Origin: Picochlorum sp. SENEW3
Taxonomy: Eukaryota
Direction of reading: 5' to 3'
NCBI GenBank assembly: GCA_034226945.1
Contig: CP120453.1
Location: forward strand, 1,178,001 to 1,242,000
Length of the DNA: 64,000 nt
Notes under the pieces: model-generated
Told to the model about the DNA's origin: nothing
The model's database searches: none
What the model saw: the letters and a program-made list of their open reading frames with translations, nothing else
Made by a program: the position numbers and the translations under genes
In this document: positions 59,706 to 64,000 of the stretch, in pieces
How the letters are laid out: every line of letters begins with the position of its first letter
How positions within the stretch are numbered: the stretch's first letter is position 1

Positions 59706-60006
59706 CTTCAACGCATCCAGCTGCGAGTCCTTCAGAACAATAATAACTTTTAGTGTGTTTTGAAGTGAGCGGGGCATTATAAAGATGCCCGAGCCTCGAT
59801 CAAAAGTGGCCTGATGAACTCATTCTTTTGATAGGCAAATAGTTCCGGTCGAATGAGTACGTTAGTAGGAGATGGATATCGATGGATGTAGGTGACGCTT
59901 CCATCCTTAGATGTCCTCGTTGGATACAAATCTGTACATAACCAATTGCTCTTCATGCCTATTGCCATGGTATAGACTGCATACAGTGTAGAAAACAGAC
60001 GTAGCT

Positions 60007-60763
60007 ATGGAGGAGGATGGAGGAGGATTTATAACCGAAGAATTAGAACGGGTAATTCAAAAACAGCAGTCACAGTCTCAAGGAGGGGTCGAGCCACCTC
60101 ATAATCCGACATATACTTCAACCAAATACTCGTCATACCACCACGTGGATGAACTGAGACGGCCGGAGCACTCGTCTGGGTGTCGTGGGTGCTCGTCCTT
60201 GTCCTATTCTCAGGATTTATTCGCTGCTTTCGGCGTGCACTTGTGTAGAGAGTGTCGAAAGAGTGAAAAATTGGTGTCAAAGGTATGGTATGGATGAGGC
60301 GTGTGGGCCTTTTTGGTGTACAATGAAGGAGTGTGTGTGTGTTGCAGTCGACGGCCAAGCAGCAGTATCTTCTTACTGATGGCGATCTGAAGGATTTGGG
60401 GTATATAGAGAGGAAAAATCCGAGGAAAAATGACTGGCATCCTATGCGTTTGTATATGGAGAGTCAGGTGCGGGATGTCGCGTATACCAAGTATGGAGGT
60501 CAGGCTGGATTGGAGCAGGAAGCAAGGGAGAAAGTGAGTAAGAAATTAGAGATGAGGCTCAAGGTTGGTGTTGCTTGGTGTGTTGTTCCTGTTGTATAGA
60601 CTTTGTACAAGTATGTAAAGGTTTGGATGTGTAGGAGAAGGAGAGGAAAACGTATGAGGAGGCAAGGAGAAGCAAGAGGATTAAGGAAATTAGGGATGCC
60701 TTGTCGAATGAGGCAGAGGCGTGTGTGGATCGGTTGGTGGACGCGGATGCTGAGGAGATTTGA
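60007..60763 (+). CDS. XPA: DNA repair protein XPA/Rad14; exons 60007-60282, 60348-60563, 60635-60763
   Basis: DGGGFI (ERCC1-binding-like), C4 zinc finger CRGC...CREC, SKSTAKQQYLLTDGDL, RKNPR..WHPMRLY, KYGG. Confidence 0.92.
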
Positions 60764-60839
60764 GTTTTATTTACACTGTTTATGTTGATGCTATATATGC
60801 TGTTAATTTGTAAGAATTGAATCACGTGCTTTTGCAGTA

Positions 60840-63072
60840 TTAGAAGAGTCTGTGGATTGATAGTATGAATGCAGCAAGGAAAAGATGCATGCTTTTTGTT
60901 ATGGACCCAGTAGCACTAGATGCTATTGGTGCCTGAGGATTTGAATCGGATGGAGGATTTGGTGGGAGCAGAGGCCTCGAAGGAGATGGACTCGAAGGAG
61001 ATGGACTTGGTGATGGACTCGAAGGAGATGGACTTGGTGATGGACTAGGTGATGGACTTGGAGATGGACTTGGAGATGGACTTGGTGATGGGCTTGGTGA
61101 TGGACTTGGTGATGGGCTGGGTGATGGACTGGGAGATGGACTTGGTGATGGGCTGGGAGATGGACTCGAAGGAGATGGACTTGGTGATGGACTGGGAGAT
61201 GGACTAGGTGATGGGCTGGGAGATGGGCTGGGAGATGGACTGGGAGATGGGCTGGGAGATGGGCTGGGAGATGGACTGGGTGATGGACTTGGCGGAGGAG
61301 GAGGACTTGGTGGCGGAGGAGGGCTTGGCGGAGGAGGAGGGCTTGGTGGAGGAGGAGGGCTTGGCGGAGGAGGAGGGCTTGGCGGAGGAGGAGGACTTGG
61401 TGGAGGAGGAGGACTTGGTGGAGGAGGAGGGCTTGGCGGAGGAGGAGGACTTGGCGGAGGAGGAGGACTTGGCGGTGGAGGAGGGCTTGGCGGTGGTGGA
61501 TTGGGAGGACTTGGTGGAGGAGGCTGCGGTGGTGATGGTGGAATCACAATGGTGGGATCGGTGTTTCCAGAGTATACATTGATATCTGACCAATGTGCTG
61601 ATGTGAGCTCTGACAGGCTTTCTGAAACTGTATGAGGTGCATTATATGTATTGATAATCACGTCTCGCACTGTGTCAAATGTAGAGGCAACGGTTGAGTT
61701 ATCTCTGTCTCTAGTGCATGGCATTGTCACTGGGCTCACAGGATTGTTTGGGAAATAGTCCCACCGATGACCATTAAGCCACCTGGACAGAGTAGATACA
61801 TTTCATGTCAGATAGATTAACTATTGGAGATCAAGAATAAGAGAATGGATCAGAAGTGCAGCCGTACCACTCAATTCGCACAGTTTCTGCGCAGTTTCTG
61901 CGCACCCCATTATACAGGCCTGTGTCGCCTGAAATTCTCCTGAGGACAAAAGTGAAATCATTCCAACTATTCAGGCGTACTTTATCACTCCATGAAGGGA
62001 TCTGTTTTGGTTCTGGGCCGGGAAAACCGAAGGCTAGATATGATCCAAGGGGAGAGAAGGGCCAGACATTCGGTGTAGGGTTGAGCTCTGTGACTGGACC
62101 ATCTGCATACAGGTAAACATATGGACCATATTGCCTGAACTCCTCATCGCGATTATCAAATCCCGCGTGTAACCTGAAAGATGATTCTCCAGATCCAGTA
62201 GGTCCGTAGCCAATCTCCACGGCCACCTCAGTGGCTCGAGTACAGAAACTCGTGTCAGTAGAACAGTTTGAGTTTGGCGTCTGTAGGACCCATTCTTCAG
62301 GGATGTACAAGCTTGCTGTGACGACCACTCCATTACCGACTGGTATGTGCTCATTATATGTGTATTTCATACCCTGCCAATTATATTTTGGCGCTGCAAG
62401 GCTTTCATCGCCGAAGGACTCGACCCTTGAATTTGGTTGACCATTTGGCCCAGTGGTGGCTCTCAGTGTGGCAGACCTCGTAAAAAATGACGAAAGATAT
62501 TCAAACTTGTCAGGAGGATACAAGTCGGTGTACCAGATATTCTCTTTGAAACTCCTTTGAGTAACTAATGGCATGGCTGTGTTGACAGAGGGATACCTGT
62601 ATGTAATCAGTGGTGGTGGGACAAATCCTGTCATTCCAATGCTCGCCTCTCCGTCTGATTTTCTGGCTATGATCCGCGCATTTAGGCGTATTTGGCTCGA
62701 TGATGTAGGTATATACTTCTTCATCAGTCGCAAATATCTCCCACTGGAAATTGAGACGAGTTCATACCGGTACCAAGTTGTCTCTGGAGGGTCGACTGCA
62801 AGACAGATAATAATTCTTAGTCAACAGGCACCTTGACAGAAATTCTTCACAGGCGCATATGCCCCCGCACCTGTTACATTTGCTCCCCCCACGTTTTGAA
62901 ATAACTCCCCCAGCTTTAGGCCCCTTGGCATTCGGAACAGCGCTTCTTTTCCCAGGTTCCACAGCAGGTCGTTGTACAACGCCACAGGGGGCGCTGACTG
63001 GACAGCATGTGGCCATTGAACGAGGCAAACGAGCAACAACTTTGCTGTCGCAATCGCTCTAACATAACCCAT
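60840..63072 (-). CDS. Chimeric hydroxyproline-rich cell-surface glycoprotein; exons 63072-62871, 62795-61868, 61782-60840
   Basis: Signal peptide, ~380-aa globular region, (SPPPPP)n then (SP)n stalk, and a small-residue stretch plus hydrophobic C-terminus resembling a GPI signal. Confidence 0.8.
60975..61545 (-). repeat. Coding tandem repeats: ~18-bp units (SPPPPP) and 6/12-bp units (SP)
   Basis: Plus strand ggaggaggacttggcgga repeats and gatggacttggt / gatgggctggga repeats. Confidence 0.95.
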
Positions 63073-63289
63073 TATCAGATCATTAACTTACATATTTTGT
63101 AATGTGCGCCGTGGTATTACTGCGCAGATTGTAGCCGATGAAGACAGACGGTCACAATCACAGGGTGACTTTTGACCAGTCATAGATTGCACAGCTATCT
63201 GGGTCTGACTATGCAACATGTACATGTATTACATGCCAAAGATTAAATAAAATATAAAAAGACGTACACATGCTTCTCTGACTAAATAT

Positions 63290-64000
63290 TTATTCATCGT
63301 AGTCTTCCTCTGTGGCCTCATCAATTTCTTCGAGATCCACATCATCAGTGTAATCGTCGACGTCCGTGGAAGATGTTTTCATCTCCGGATCATCAATATC
63401 CAGGACATCACCCTCGTATCCAAAATATCTGACAATTTCACTAGCACTCTTGTAAGCCCGATCCTGCCAACCCTCGAGTGATCTGGCAGCAATGTTGATG
63501 CATTTAATGAAAAGCCTTGTTGCGGAATTATCACATCCAGGGGGCGGTCTTTTCGTTCGATTCAACGGGTAATGGTCCTACACAATATGTATGTCAAGTC
63601 AAAAGTCATGACGTGTGCCTGACAGCCTGAAACATAGAAGTAATCAACCGTACAATGTAATCCCTCTTATCAAAGTGCCATTTCCCTATGACTGCAGGGG
63701 TAAATGTACCCTCAGGATCAAAGTCATTGGAGTAGGTATAGTGAATCAGAGCCGCCCTTCTTCCATTTTTCCCATTCAACTCTTTATCCCACGGGGGCTG
63801 GGCCATGAATTCAGGGCGTAAATTGAATGCCTTGGGGCCTTCAGGAGTGACTGCAGCAGCAATGCTAAATGCATACCTGCACAACCCAAGCATATTAGTT
63901 CTACGTTCAAATACTGTTGTTAGAAAACAAAACCTACATTTCAGATGTCCATCCCCAGAGTTCAAATGCCTCTTTATCCTGCTTGAGGGCAAACGAAATG
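63290..64000 (-). CDS. HPAT: Hydroxyproline O-arabinosyltransferase (HPAT/RDN, GT95), 3' part; last exons 63876-63654, 63577-63290
   Basis: Spliced WGWTSEM-YAFSIAAA, FMAQPPWD, LIHYTYSNDF, IGKWHFDKRDY, RPPPGC; matches HPAT motifs (GWVLEMYAY, FMLQPPWD, IHYTYGCD, WRFDKR). Confidence 0.88.

Noticed and set aside
61204..61593. Repetitive alternative-frame ORFs (AEEEGL and AKPSSS repeats); CRISPR-like appearance
   Set aside because: Shadow frames of the Pro/Ser coding repeat; no unique spacers or cas genes.

Overview
Gene-dense eukaryotic nuclear DNA from a compact green-algal (chlorophyte) genome; a Picochlorum-like trebouxiophyte is my inference. Evidence: plastid-targeted genes, short GT-AG introns of about 60-155 nt, and TGTAA poly(A) signals after many stops. 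About 34 protein genes are supported. Most were rebuilt by joining ORF-track fragments across introns, and ELF1 is absent from the ORF track. No rRNA, tRNA, CRISPR or transposase is recognisable. Points most worth checking: (1) an unusually long, structured 5'-UTR intron of RPL12 containing a stretch complementary to the uL11-binding site of 25S rRNA; (2) a hydroxyproline arabinosyltransferase gene directly upstream of an extensin-like SP5/SP-repeat wall protein; (3) an apparently catalytically dead AGPase subunit; (4) a TBL1/HOS15 homolog without WD40 repeats; (5) a novel HEH + XPA-C-like + zinc-finger protein in an accessory block flanked by palindrome chains, in a window that also has true XPA, ELF1, ATR and CRY-DASH. 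All family calls are from remembered motifs, not database searches.
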